Below, piece by piece: positions 38,562-47,924 of a DNA stretch of 64,000 nucleotides. Within the stretch, counting starts at the first letter, position 1. Each line of letters opens with the position of its first letter. Under the pieces are notes generated by a model. That model did not search any database, was not told the DNA's origin, and saw only the letters and a list, made by a program, of their open reading frames with translations. The DNA is from an uncultured Alphaproteobacteria bacterium. Lineage in GTDB: Bacteria; Pseudomonadota; Alphaproteobacteria; Micavibrionales; Micavibrionaceae. The stretch is from the NCBI GenBank assembly GCA_937934135.1, contig CALHAW010000005.1, forward strand, positions 1,034-65,033, written 5' to 3'. The translations under genes and the position numbers were made by a program.

Positions 38562-38867
38562 ATGAATACAACAAAACAAGACAAATCGGATGTCAAAAAA
38601 GTAATCGAAGATACAGGACACGCCTATACTATTATGTGCCAAAGCCACACAAACTCAGATTTTGCTGATTTCGCAGGCTCACAGGCGCTTGGATCTTTTA
38701 GAAAAGCGCTCGATAAGCCAGATATGACTTATAATGATCTATGCGTGTTACTCAGAAAAGCCTCCAGCCGCGCCAGCGCACGCCACTGTAAAACGCCCTG
38801 GTCAACATTCATGGCTAATTATGTCGCCAAACGCGCCAATGATCAGACCTCTACAGGCAGGCATTAA
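38562..38867 (+). CDS. hypothetical 101-aa protein (orphan)
   Basis: Strong SD GAAGGAGG 7 nt before the ATG, with a 17-bp hairpin downstream. No motif recognised. Confidence 0.45.
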   Translation: MNTTKQDKSDVKKVIEDTGHAYTIMCQSHTNSDFADFAGSQALGSFRKALDKPDMTYNDLCVLLRKASSRASARHCKTPWSTFMANYVAKRANDQTSTGRH

Positions 38868-38913
38868 AACAATTTTGGTCCGATAGGACGTTTGACCGAA
38901 ACCTCGCTTTTAT

Positions 38914-38956
38914 AAGACAAAACCCGTATCTAAGGAAAAGATACGGGTTTTGTCTT
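38914..38956 (+). terminator. 17-bp perfect hairpin downstream of the 101-aa ORF
   Basis: AAGACAAAACCCGTATC-TAAGGAAAA-GATACGGGTTTTGTCTT followed by ATCTTCCTCTTTT. The U-tract is imperfect. Confidence 0.5.
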
Positions 38957-38987
38957 ATCTTCCTCTTTTAAAATCCGCAAAAAAGCC

Positions 38988-39016
38988 TTGCCTTCCTTAA
39001 AGAGTTTCCCTATAAC
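38988..39016 (+). promoter_or_regulatory. sigma70-like promoter for rpsF-rpsR-rplI
   Basis: TTGCCT-N17-TATAAC, implying a leader of about 80 nt. Confidence 0.45.
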
Positions 39017-39102
39017 ACCCCTCAATACTAACCTCGCGCGTCCACTGGTTTAAAACCAACAAGGCAATAAAGGGCGCGCTGCTAAACCGAGAGGAGACTC
39101 AT

Positions 39103-39486
39103 ATGCCTTTTTATGAAACCGTGTTCATCGCACGCCAAGACTTAAGCGATTCAGCTGTCAAAGAGCTAAGCGATGGCTATCAAAAAATTATCACTGAAGC
39201 GGGTGGAAAAATTCACCGTGTTGAAAATTGGGGCTTGCGGACGCTTGCTTACAAAATCAAAAAGAACAAGCGTGGACATTATGTTGCGATTGAATCTGAC
39301 GTTGAAGCACCTGCTATTCACGAAATGGAAAGAACAATGCGCTTGAACGAAAACATCCTTCGTTTCATGACATTGAAAAATAAAGAATTATCAACTGGCC
39401 CATCTATTATCATGGATAAATCATCCAGAGATAGCAGCGAAGAGTCTGATGATAAAAAACCTTATAAGAAAAGAGAGGCGGCATAA
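39103..39486 (+). CDS. rpsF: 30S ribosomal protein S6
   Basis: [15 protein letters not shown]...[13 protein letters not shown]. Confidence 0.95.
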   Translation: MPFYETVFIARQDLSDSAVKELSDGYQKIITEAGGKIHRVENWGLRTLAYKIKKNKRGHYVAIESDVEAPAIHEMERTMRLNENILRFMTLKNKELSTGPSIIMDKSSRDSSEESDDKKPYKKREAA

Positions 39487-39488
39487 TC

Positions 39489-39752
39489 ATGAGCGCAGAT
39501 ATCCCAACAGCATCAAAACCGTTTTTTAAACGCAGCAAAGGATGCCCATTTTCTGGTCCAAAAGCACAAGACATTGACTGGAAAGACACAAAATTATTGA
39601 GACGTTTTATTTCAGAGCGCGGTAAAATGACACCAAGCCGTATTACGAATGTTTCAATGAAGAAACAACGTGAACTCTCAACTGCTATTAAACGTGCGCG
39701 TTACATGGCGGTTCTCCCTTATGTTCAAATGGACGGCACTGACAGCCGTTAA
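39489..39752 (+). CDS. rpsR: 30S ribosomal protein S18
   Basis: [35 protein letters not shown]. Confidence 0.95.
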   Translation: MSADIPTASKPFFKRSKGCPFSGPKAQDIDWKDTKLLRRFISERGKMTPSRITNVSMKKQRELSTAIKRARYMAVLPYVQMDGTDSR

Positions 39753-39792
39753 ATTTGATAGAGACATATTAGAAAGATAAAGGACACATATT

Positions 39793-40560
39793 ATGCCTAC
39801 ACAAGTAATCCTACTCGAACGCATCGAAAAGCTCGGCGCTATGGGTGATGTGGTGAATGTAAAACCTGGTTATGCCAGAAACTACCTTCTCCCTCTTAAC
39901 AAAGCGCTTCGTGCGACTGATTCAAACATTGCGTATTTTGAGACTCAAAAAGCCGCCCTTCAAAAAGCGGATGATGAGCGTAAAGCAGCAGCCCAAACAC
40001 GTTCTAAACCGATTGATGGAAAAACAATTTCATTGATCCGTCAGGCGGGTGAAACTGGTCAACTTTACGGTTCAGTCACAGCAAAAGATATCGCCGAAGC
40101 AATCTTCGATGCAACAGGCGAAAAAATCGCACGCAACATGGTTGAAATGAATCAAAACTTTAAAGAAATTGGTTTATTCACATTGAACATTGCGCTGCAT
40201 GCCGAAGTGAAAGCCGAAGTGACAATTAACATTGCCCGTACGGATGACGAAGCGAAAGAGCAAGCCAAAACTGGTAAAGCATTGATCGTTGATGACGCCG
40301 CGGATGCCGCTGCTGAAAAAGAAGCTGCTGTTGAAAAGGCAAAAGAAGAGCTGATGGATAAAGACGCCCTTGAAGCTGAAAAAGCCGCAGATGCAGAAAA
40401 CGCAGAAAAAGAAGCGGAAGAAGCCGCAAAGGCCGCTGCTAAAGCCGAAGCCAAAGCCGCAAAACAGGCTGAAGCAGATGAAGCATTAGAAGAAACAGCA
40501 GAAACTGCGACTGAAGAAGCCGCTCCGGCAACAGAAGAAGAAGCAAAAAAAGAAGCTTAA
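39793..40560 (+). CDS. rplI: 50S ribosomal protein L9 with a long Ala/Glu/Lys-rich C-terminal extension
   Basis: MPTQVILLERIEKLGAMGDVVNVKPGYARNYLLP is the L9 N-domain. The residues after about 150 are low-complexity. Confidence 0.9.
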   Translation: MPTQVILLERIEKLGAMGDVVNVKPGYARNYLLPLNKALRATDSNIAYFETQKAALQKADDERKAAAQTRSKPIDGKTISLIRQAGETGQLYGSVTAKDIAEAIFDATGEKIARNMVEMNQNFKEIGLFTLNIALHAEVKAEVTINIARTDDEAKEQAKTGKALIVDDAADAAAEKEAAVEKAKEELMDKDALEAEKAADAENAEKEAEEAAKAAAKAEAKAAKQAEADEALEETAETATEEAAPATEEEAKKEA

Positions 40561-40586
40561 TCTTCGATTCTTCATAAAAATTCAAA

Positions 40587-40615
40587 AGCCCGCGATATTC
40601 TCCGCGGGCTTTTTT
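40587..40615 (+). terminator. intrinsic terminator after rplI
   Basis: AGCCCGCG-ATATTCTC-CGCGGGCT followed by TTTTT. Confidence 0.8.
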
Positions 40616-40696
40616 AATGCTCTCAATAACCATGTTGTCGTGGTTGCTTGGTTTTCCATTACAGATTATATTTCAGTCCAATGAAAGGCGGTAAAA

Positions 40697-41266
40697 ATGG
40701 ATAAAAACTCAAAAACATTATTGGCTGTTTTGTGCCTTGTTGCGGGCATGGTGGGGTTGGCTTTCGCCTCTGTCCCACTCTATGATATGTTTTGCCGTGT
40801 TACGGGGTTTGCAGGAACGACCCAAGTCTCAAACACCGCCCCCACCAATGATCAAATTTTAGACCGCAAAATTACTGTCAAATTTAATGCCGATACAAAC
40901 CGTAATCTGAATTGGAGCTTTAAGCCTGATAAACGTGAAGTCACGGTGAATATTGGCCAGCAGGGTTTTATCTCCTTTAAAGCCAAAAACCGTTCCACCC
41001 AGCCCGTCTCGGGAACCGCCGTTTATAACGTCACCCCGTTAAAGGCCGGTAAATATTTCCACAAAACCCAATGCTTTTGCTTTGATCAGCAACTCTTAAC
41101 CCCCAAACAAGCCATGGATATGCCCGTCGTGTTTTACGTAGATCCGTCCATTGCCGATGACCGCAACATGGATGACGTCAAAAGCATCACTTTATCCTAT
41201 AGTTTTTTCAAAGCAGACTCAAAGGCGCTTGATGAAGCGCTCGAACAATTTTACAATAGCAAATAA
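40697..41266 (+). CDS. ctaG: cytochrome c oxidase assembly protein CtaG/Cox11
   Basis: N-terminal TM, PLYDMFCRVTGFAGT, and QCFCF copper-binding region. Confidence 0.9.
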   Translation: MDKNSKTLLAVLCLVAGMVGLAFASVPLYDMFCRVTGFAGTTQVSNTAPTNDQILDRKITVKFNADTNRNLNWSFKPDKREVTVNIGQQGFISFKAKNRSTQPVSGTAVYNVTPLKAGKYFHKTQCFCFDQQLLTPKQAMDMPVVFYVDPSIADDRNMDDVKSITLSYSFFKADSKALDEALEQFYNSK

Positions 41267-41310
41267 TGTGTTAAAAGCACGTGATATAAATTTCTAAAAA
41301 GGATTTCCAA

Positions 41311-42189
41311 ATGGCCACTGATATTGAATACGGCACCACGGGTAAACCCCACCCTTACCACATTGTTCGCCCTTCCGCTTGGCCGTTACTGTCTTCCTTT
41401 GCGGGTATGTTGTTTGCTGTTGGTATGATTCTTTATATGCACGAAGTCACAATCGGTGATTTTAAAATCGGCTTTTTGGGCATTTATGCTGGCGTTTCTT
41501 CTATTGTGGCCTGCATGTTCTTTTGGTGGAAAGATGTAATCCACGAAGCCAAAGTTGAAAAGGCGCACACCCCCATCGTTGAAATTGGGATGCGCTATGG
41601 CATGGCGCTGTTTATTGCTTCCGAAGTCATGTTCTTTGTCGCATTTTTCTGGGCGTTTTTTGATGTCAGCCTATTTGCCGCACAAGAAAATATGCCCATG
41701 CGGGTTGAATATACCCAAGGGATGTGGCCGCCACCGCAGATCGAGGTAGTCAATGCATTTGATCTCCCCTTGATGATGACCTTAATCTTATTGTTGTCTG
41801 GTTGTACAACAACATGGGCGCATCACGCAGTTTTAGAAGGGCATTATGACGAATTTAAAAAAGCATTAGCGATCACAGTCGCGCTTGGTGTGTTTTTCTT
41901 ATGCTTCCAAGTTTATGAATATTCCCACCTTACTTTTGCCTTTAAAGAAGGGGCATTCTCCTCAACATTCTATATGGCAACCGGTTTTCACGGCTTTCAT
42001 GTTTTTGTAGGAACTGTGTTTTTATTCGTTTGCTATGTGCGGGCGAAAAAAGGGCATTTCACCAAAGAAAGCCATTTTGGGTTTGAAGCCGCCGCATGGT
42101 ATTGGCATTTTGTTGATGTTGTATGGCTCTTCCTGTTCATCGCAATCTACTGGTGGGGAAGCCTAGGCGGTACAGTTGCCGGGCATTAA
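41311..42189 (+). CDS. ctaE: cytochrome c oxidase subunit III
   Basis: HPYHIVRPSAWP, TGFHGFHVFVGT, WYWHFVDVVWLFLF. Confidence 0.93.
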   Translation: MATDIEYGTTGKPHPYHIVRPSAWPLLSSFAGMLFAVGMILYMHEVTIGDFKIGFLGIYAGVSSIVACMFFWWKDVIHEAKVEKAHTPIVEIGMRYGMALFIASEVMFFVAFFWAFFDVSLFAAQENMPMRVEYTQGMWPPPQIEVVNAFDLPLMMTLILLLSGCTTTWAHHAVLEGHYDEFKKALAITVALGVFFLCFQVYEYSHLTFAFKEGAFSSTFYMATGFHGFHVFVGTVFLFVCYVRAKKGHFTKESHFGFEAAAWYWHFVDVVWLFLFIAIYWWGSLGGTVAGH

Positions 42190-42192
42190 GCC

Positions 42193-42558
42193 GTGCATAA
42201 TTTTATCGACGGTATGAAGCAAGCGCTCCAATGCCGTTGCCCCAAATGCAATAAAGGGAAACTTTATCAATCCCTCTTTGATTTACGCTTACGAACCCAT
42301 TGCGGTGAATGTGCCTTAAATCTTGAAAATAATGACAGCGCCGATGGCCCGGCTGTCTTTCTTACCTTTGTACTGGGGGCGCTGATTGTGCCTATCGCGC
42401 TATGGGTTGATGCTTGCTTTAACTGGCCTCTTTGGCTTCACGCCATTATATGGGGTATTGTGATCTTGGGATTTACCGTTGGGCTTTTAAAACCAATAAA
42501 GGCCTATGTCTTTATGCTGCAATATAAACACCGCCAAGATCAATGGGATGAAAAATGA
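42193..42558 (+). CDS. DUF983 family membrane protein
   Basis: CPKCNKGKLY....CGEC zinc-ribbon followed by 2 TM. This is the usual position after ctaE in alphaproteobacteria. GTG start. Confidence 0.75.
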   Translation: MHNFIDGMKQALQCRCPKCNKGKLYQSLFDLRLRTHCGECALNLENNDSADGPAVFLTFVLGALIVPIALWVDACFNWPLWLHAIIWGIVILGFTVGLLKPIKAYVFMLQYKHRQDQWDEK

Positions 42559-43250
42559 TCAAAAATATTATCGCACTCTGCTTGGTTTTTATCGGATTTA
42601 TAATTTTATGCTTCCTCGGCCATTGGCAATTAAACCGCGCTGCATGGAAAACAGACATTATTATGCAGTTGGAAGCGGAATACGCAAAAGACCCAATGCA
42701 GCACCCTTTTACATTCGCCGCCCTTCAAAATAAAAATATTCAACACGGGCATATCCGTGGGAAGTTTGATTATAAAAAGCAAATCCTCATAGGACCTAAA
42801 ACATATAATTCTAAGATTGGCTATGACTTGATTATCCCAATGGCGCTGTCTAAAGGCGGTAACGTGCTTGTAAATATGGGGTGGGCGCAAGGGGACAAGC
42901 GGGCAGATATCCAGACCCCCACACCACACGGGACAATCACCCTCACCGGGATTGCACGCGCGCCAGACTGGAACCGCTTCACCCCCGATAACAGCGCCGT
43001 AAATAATAGCTGGACCAAGCTAGACATTAATCAAATAGCGGCGGCACAAAATATTCAAAAAATTGCACCGGTTATTTTTTATACAAAAACCACGCGCTCT
43101 GATTTTAAAAATTTAAAAATGTTAGAAGATAATTGGATGCCCCGAAATAAGCATATGCAATATGCAATATTCTGGTTTTCAATGGCTGGAATTTTATTGA
43201 TTTTTGTTGCCTTCTTTATCGCCAAAAACCGACAAAAAAGGACACGTTAA
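42555..43250 (+). CDS. SURF1 family cytochrome oxidase biogenesis protein
   Basis: N- and C-terminal TMs, GHWQLNRAAWK, NKHMQYAIFWF. Confidence 0.8.
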   Translation: MIKNIIALCLVFIGFIILCFLGHWQLNRAAWKTDIIMQLEAEYAKDPMQHPFTFAALQNKNIQHGHIRGKFDYKKQILIGPKTYNSKIGYDLIIPMALSKGGNVLVNMGWAQGDKRADIQTPTPHGTITLTGIARAPDWNRFTPDNSAVNNSWTKLDINQIAAAQNIQKIAPVIFYTKTTRSDFKNLKMLEDNWMPRNKHMQYAIFWFSMAGILLIFVAFFIAKNRQKRTR

Positions 43251-43259
43251 GGCGACACT

Positions 43260-44774
43260 CTAATTTGAAGATATTCTCTTATTCGTAAAGAAATTCGCCA
43301 CCTTGTTACCACTATAGGTAGACACAAATTGCTGTCTATACTTATTCATCACTGTTTTAAATTTCTGCTTATCTTTACCAACAAGCTCTTCGCCTATTGG
43401 TAAATTAACAGAACGTGGATTGACCTGACGGTCTTTTAATAAGACCTCATAATGCAAATGTGGCCCCGTTGAACGACCCGTCGTACCAACATATCCAATA
43501 ATCTGGCCTTGCTTGACCCGCTTACCTACCTTCGCAGATTTATTAAAACGGCTCATATGTGCATAGGCGGTCTTTAATTTCGAATTATGGCGAATACGAA
43601 CATACTTACCATACCCGCCGACCCATCCAGCCTTTTCAACAACACCATCACCTGCGGCGTAAATAGGCGTGCCGGTTGAGGCTGCAAAATCGACCCCCTT
43701 ATGCATTTTATTATACCCCAGCACGGGATGGCGGCGCATTCCATACCCTGACGACATACGCGCCCCGTCAATCGGGGTTTTCATCAAAGTGCGCTTAATG
43801 CTTGTTCCATCTGGCTTGAAATAATCGACACGGCCATCGCCCATCTCAAAACGATAAAGTGGAATTTCACGCCCGCCCAAAGTTAACTTCGCATAAAGAA
43901 TTTCACCCAACTTCGCCACATGACCTTCTTTGGTTTCATAACTTTCATACATGACTTCCAATTTGTCTTTTGGACGAATATCGCGTTGGAAATCAACATT
44001 CCATGAATAAATACGAATGGCATTGGCGACAACATTTTTTGGAATACCTGCTTTTGCCGCAGAACCATATAAGGATACTTTAACCTCGGCACTTTTGGCT
44101 TTCACCACTTTGCTTACTTGCTTTTGATCAATGCGTGATTTAAATCCGTTATCCGCTCTGGCAACAATCAATGTCTTAATCGCATCCAATGGAATTTTCA
44201 TTTCTTCAAAACGCTGTGACACTTGGGCATCATCGCCGCGATATTTTTCAAAGTTTAATTGAATGGCTTGACCTGCCTTAATATCACGCGGATCATAATG
44301 CTTCTTCATCGCAGAGATAATTTCCGCTGTCTCGCTGTTGCCGACGCCCTGCTTTTCCATCACCACACCCAGCGCATCACCAGGTTTAATTTCAACAACG
44401 CGATTAAGCGGCAATTCCTTTGGAATAGAACGCGCGGCAGAGGCCAAAGAAAATTGCCCATATTTTTCAGCATTAAACGGGCTTTCTAAACCATTATCTG
44501 GATATCCCACGGCAGGTTCAATTAACGCCATTTGGCTCGCATCTGCCATTCTATAAGACGCCAAAAACCCAAACGCATTTGAATGATGTGATTGCAACGT
44601 TAATGTAAGAAGACCTGCAAAAGTAAAAACCAAAACACCGCAAACATACCGCATACGAATGCGGTTATTGCGCGTCAATAAATGACGGTGCTTTAATCCA
44701 AACAGCAATGATAGGGATGACAAAATTCCCTGTCCTTTCATTGCGCTGTTTTTCATTTGGTTATTATTCTTCAT
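43260..44774 (-). CDS. M23 family peptidoglycan metalloendopeptidase
   Basis: HKGVDFAA..GTPIYAAGDG and GTTGRSTGPHLHYEV. The start is uncertain because several N-terminal Met codons are present. Confidence 0.85.
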   Translation of the reverse strand: MKNNNQMKNSAMKGQGILSSLSLLFGLKHRHLLTRNNRIRMRYVCGVLVFTFAGLLTLTLQSHHSNAFGFLASYRMADASQMALIEPAVGYPDNGLESPFNAEKYGQFSLASAARSIPKELPLNRVVEIKPGDALGVVMEKQGVGNSETAEIISAMKKHYDPRDIKAGQAIQLNFEKYRGDDAQVSQRFEEMKIPLDAIKTLIVARADNGFKSRIDQKQVSKVVKAKSAEVKVSLYGSAAKAGIPKNVVANAIRIYSWNVDFQRDIRPKDKLEVMYESYETKEGHVAKLGEILYAKLTLGGREIPLYRFEMGDGRVDYFKPDGTSIKRTLMKTPIDGARMSSGYGMRRHPVLGYNKMHKGVDFAASTGTPIYAAGDGVVEKAGWVGGYGKYVRIRHNSKLKTAYAHMSRFNKSAKVGKRVKQGQIIGYVGTTGRSTGPHLHYEVLLKDRQVNPRSVNLPIGEELVGKDKQKFKTVMNKYRQQFVSTYSGNKVANFFTNKRISSN

Positions 44775-44938
44775 ATCACATTATCTTTCATCAAATGAAA
44801 GATTAAACCTCTATTCTTATGTCTTAATTCTATAGTGTATAAAATCCATTAAGACATTCTTAAAATCAGCGCTGTAGATAGCATGAACTATAGAAAAAGC
44901 CAATTTATTTTAACATTATGACAAAATATATTTATTCC

Positions 44939-45457
44939 TTAAAGACCACATTCTTGTGTAATTTTTTGATAGGCCTTACCTGACCCACTCAATCCAAACG
45001 TATCTGTTGTTTTCGTGCCGCGTTTTGACACGCCCTTAACGATCATTTTGGACCCCCCACGAATAGCCGCTGATATCGCTCTATCCGCTTCTGCGTCAAC
45101 CGCCCATGCTGTTTCATCTTGAGTGAATAACTTAAATGTTCTGCTATTGGCTGACACGGTTACTTCGCTGTTTTCCTTATACGGATATCCCGTAATATAG
45201 CTGAATACATCGCGTGTTTTTTCCGCTGGACGGTGGGTAATAAGGGCAAACACATCGCCGCGCCGTGTATAATTCCCTACGGCTGTCTTGGGTTGTGAGG
45301 CCATATAACATACTTTTTTACCGTTTTCAGTAAATGTGAAAGCGCGCCAATCCCCAAACGTACCAACCAAGCGCGGCTCTGAAGCGTGGGCTATATTAGG
45401 CGCTATAGTTGCAGCACTTAGCAATATCACAAGCGAAACTGTAAAAATTTTAATCAT
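44939..45457 (-). CDS. invasion-associated locus B (IalB)-like secreted protein
   Basis: Signal peptide, then VGTFGDWRAFTFTENGKKVCYMASQPK, typical of the IalB family. Confidence 0.75.
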   Translation of the reverse strand: MIKIFTVSLVILLSAATIAPNIAHASEPRLVGTFGDWRAFTFTENGKKVCYMASQPKTAVGNYTRRGDVFALITHRPAEKTRDVFSYITGYPYKENSEVTVSANSRTFKLFTQDETAWAVDAEADRAISAAIRGGSKMIVKGVSKRGTKTTDTFGLSGSGKAYQKITQECGL

Positions 45458-45582
45458 TTTGACCTTCTTTTTTCTTTGATAATCATGCCTTAATACAAAT
45501 GAAAAAAGGCAAATTTAAGGAATATTCTTATTTTCTTAGAATATCCCCAAAATCCTTACCAATCAATGAATTATGCCTAAAA

Positions 45583-46131
45583 TTACGTCTTTGTTGTGCG
45601 TGTTTTTCGGCTTGGTCTTCTTCTGTGGGTTTGTGCCTGCTTTTCATGGGGGCGTAACGGTCCACCTGGCTTCACAGGTCGCTCTGCAAATCTACCCATG
45701 CACATCATGCGGTCATACATCGTAATGGCTCCCGCCACCCCAACATTCACGCAAAATTTCATCGGAATCTTGATAACATGATCGCATTTTTCCTGAATTT
45801 CAGCCGATAAATCTCCCATTTCAGGCCCCAACACATAAGCGGCGCGTGTGGGGTGACGGAAACTGGGCAATTCAATCGATTCATCGGTCAATTCAATCCC
45901 TACCAACTGGCACCCTTCGGGCAAATCCATATTTTCTACACTATCCCATACATGGAACGGCATATGATCAAACGCCCCTGACGTATCGGTCACACGGACG
46001 GCGTTCACATCAATTTCAGGGCGAATAACAAAGAAAAAGCTTGCTCCAAAAGCATGCGCAGAACGCACAAGATTGCCCAAATTATGCTCCTTGCTAATTC
46101 CTTCAACGCCAACACCAAAATATCCCCTCAT
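45583..46131 (-). CDS. SpoU/TrmH-family RNA 2'-O-methyltransferase
   Basis: NLGNLVRSAHAFGA, LGPEMGDLS and IPM...NVGVAGAI knot motifs, with a basic C-terminal tail. Confidence 0.8.
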   Translation of the reverse strand: MRGYFGVGVEGISKEHNLGNLVRSAHAFGASFFFVIRPEIDVNAVRVTDTSGAFDHMPFHVWDSVENMDLPEGCQLVGIELTDESIELPSFRHPTRAAYVLGPEMGDLSAEIQEKCDHVIKIPMKFCVNVGVAGAITMYDRMMCMGRFAERPVKPGGPLRPHEKQAQTHRRRPSRKTRTTKT

Positions 46132-46142
46132 GTTTCTTCTCC

Positions 46143-47303
46143 TTATCCTATCACCTTATCAAGGCGGTCTAATGCGCTCTCAAGCTTTGCTTCGGACACC
46201 GCAAAACATAACCGCATCCAACCCTTACAACTCGCCCCAAAGGCACAACCCGGCGCAAGGCTTAACCCCGCTTGATCAATTAATTGCCTGCCAAATTCCA
46301 AACAATCATCCTGCCCTTCCACCTTAAAGAATGAATAAAACGTTGATTCTGGGCGGTAAATTTCAACATGGGGTTTGTCATTCAGACGGGTCATGATTGT
46401 ATTAAGATTGGTTTCCCATCCGTTTAATTGCGACATAATGAAATCCTCACCATCACGCAGCGCCGCAATACCACCAAATTGCGTAAAGGTCGGTGGTCCC
46501 ATATTATCATACAGCGCAATATCACGGATAATACCTTCCGCAAAATCTGGCCCCGTTAACCATCCTAAACGCCATCCCGTCATCGCCCATGCCTTTGAAA
46601 AGCTATTGACTGTCATTAACAAATCATCTTTTTGGGACACTTCCAAAAAGCTCGGCGCATGGCGCGCACCATACAGCGCACGATTATAAACCTCATCCGA
46701 CACAATCCAAATACGGCGTTCACGGGCAAAATTAATAAGGCGCTGCATCTCGGCCTTGCTCATTGCCCACCCTGTCGGGTTAGAAGGCGTTACCACCAAA
46801 ATCGCCTTGGTTTTTGGCGTCACTGCATCCAATAAGCGATCCATATCCAGCGACCAACCATTATCATGGTCAAAATCAAGCGGGACTTGGATGGTCTTAG
46901 CTTGTGCCAAGCCGACTGCACCCAATAAGTTCTTCCAAATTGGCGTAATCGCAATCACTTCATCGTCTTTATCCAAAATAGACGTTAACGCCAAATGCAT
47001 CGCCGTTGTGCCAGACCCCGTGACAAAGGCACGCTCTGGCGCTAAATCAACATCAAAAATACGCTTATAATAGGCTGAAATCTCTTCGCGCAGCGCCGCT
47101 TGCCCTAAAACAGGGCCATAATGGGTTTTTCCTTGCGCCATCGCCTGATGCGCCGCTTCAATAATGAAGTCAGGTGTCGCGTCTGAGCCTTCCCCCTGCC
47201 CTAATGAAACAACGTCATCACGTTGCCAGCCATACCGCAACATCTCTGCGCCAGGATTCGGTGGCAAGTTTTGGACAGTTTTACGAAAATTTGTTTCAGC
47301 CAT
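46143..47303 (-). CDS. class I/II pyridoxal-phosphate-dependent aminotransferase
   Basis: NPTGW, SDEVY, and SFSKAWAMTGWRLG (PLP lysine). Confidence 0.88.
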   Translation of the reverse strand: MAETNFRKTVQNLPPNPGAEMLRYGWQRDDVVSLGQGEGSDATPDFIIEAAHQAMAQGKTHYGPVLGQAALREEISAYYKRIFDVDLAPERAFVTGSGTTAMHLALTSILDKDDEVIAITPIWKNLLGAVGLAQAKTIQVPLDFDHDNGWSLDMDRLLDAVTPKTKAILVVTPSNPTGWAMSKAEMQRLINFARERRIWIVSDEVYNRALYGARHAPSFLEVSQKDDLLMTVNSFSKAWAMTGWRLGWLTGPDFAEGIIRDIALYDNMGPPTFTQFGGIAALRDGEDFIMSQLNGWETNLNTIMTRLNDKPHVEIYRPESTFYSFFKVEGQDDCLEFGRQLIDQAGLSLAPGCAFGASCKGWMRLCFAVSEAKLESALDRLDKVIG

Positions 47304-47434
47304 GTTGCCTTTATAGGCAAAGATAATTGATTTTTCACCTAAATTCTCATCACTTTCCTTGTAATGATTTGTAACGATCCCCTCGACCTTGCCGAATAGG
47401 TACTATCAATCAACCAAGCAGGAGAAATCACACA

Positions 47435-47872
47435 ATGAAACTTACATTAATGGCACTGGCCTTAATAACAATGGGGGCTTTTATTCCTTCCGCAAGCGCA
47501 ATGGATAACCACATGAATGACAAAAAAGCGATGATGGCGGATAAAGCCGCTGTCACTGCTGTTTTGTTTTTCTCCGAAAATTGTGGCGCATGTAAAGTTA
47601 TCGACCCCCGCCTAAAAGAAGCAGAATCTGCGTTTAATGATGCTAAATTAGACGTTGTAAAATTCGATCTTACAAATGATGCAACAAAGCTTGCCACAAA
47701 GGAACTCGCCGCAGCAAAGGGCTTAACAGCAACAATGGAACAATATGCCCCCAAAACTGGATTCGCACTTCTCGTGAATGCACAAGGCGACGTTGTTGAC
47801 CAAATTAAAGTCGATCACGATACCGCAGACATTGCGGCAAAAATCGCAAAAGCAATCGTGCAAGCTTCATAA
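47435..47872 (+). CDS. secreted thioredoxin-like protein (CGAC motif)
   Basis: Signal peptide ...PSASA, then FFSENCGACKV. Confidence 0.65.
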   Translation: MKLTLMALALITMGAFIPSASAMDNHMNDKKAMMADKAAVTAVLFFSENCGACKVIDPRLKEAESAFNDAKLDVVKFDLTNDATKLATKELAAAKGLTATMEQYAPKTGFALLVNAQGDVVDQIKVDHDTADIAAKIAKAIVQAS

Positions 47873-47924
47873 AACTACGGTATAATTTTATCGCTTTAAA
47901 ATAATCAATCAAAGGGGAAGCGGC

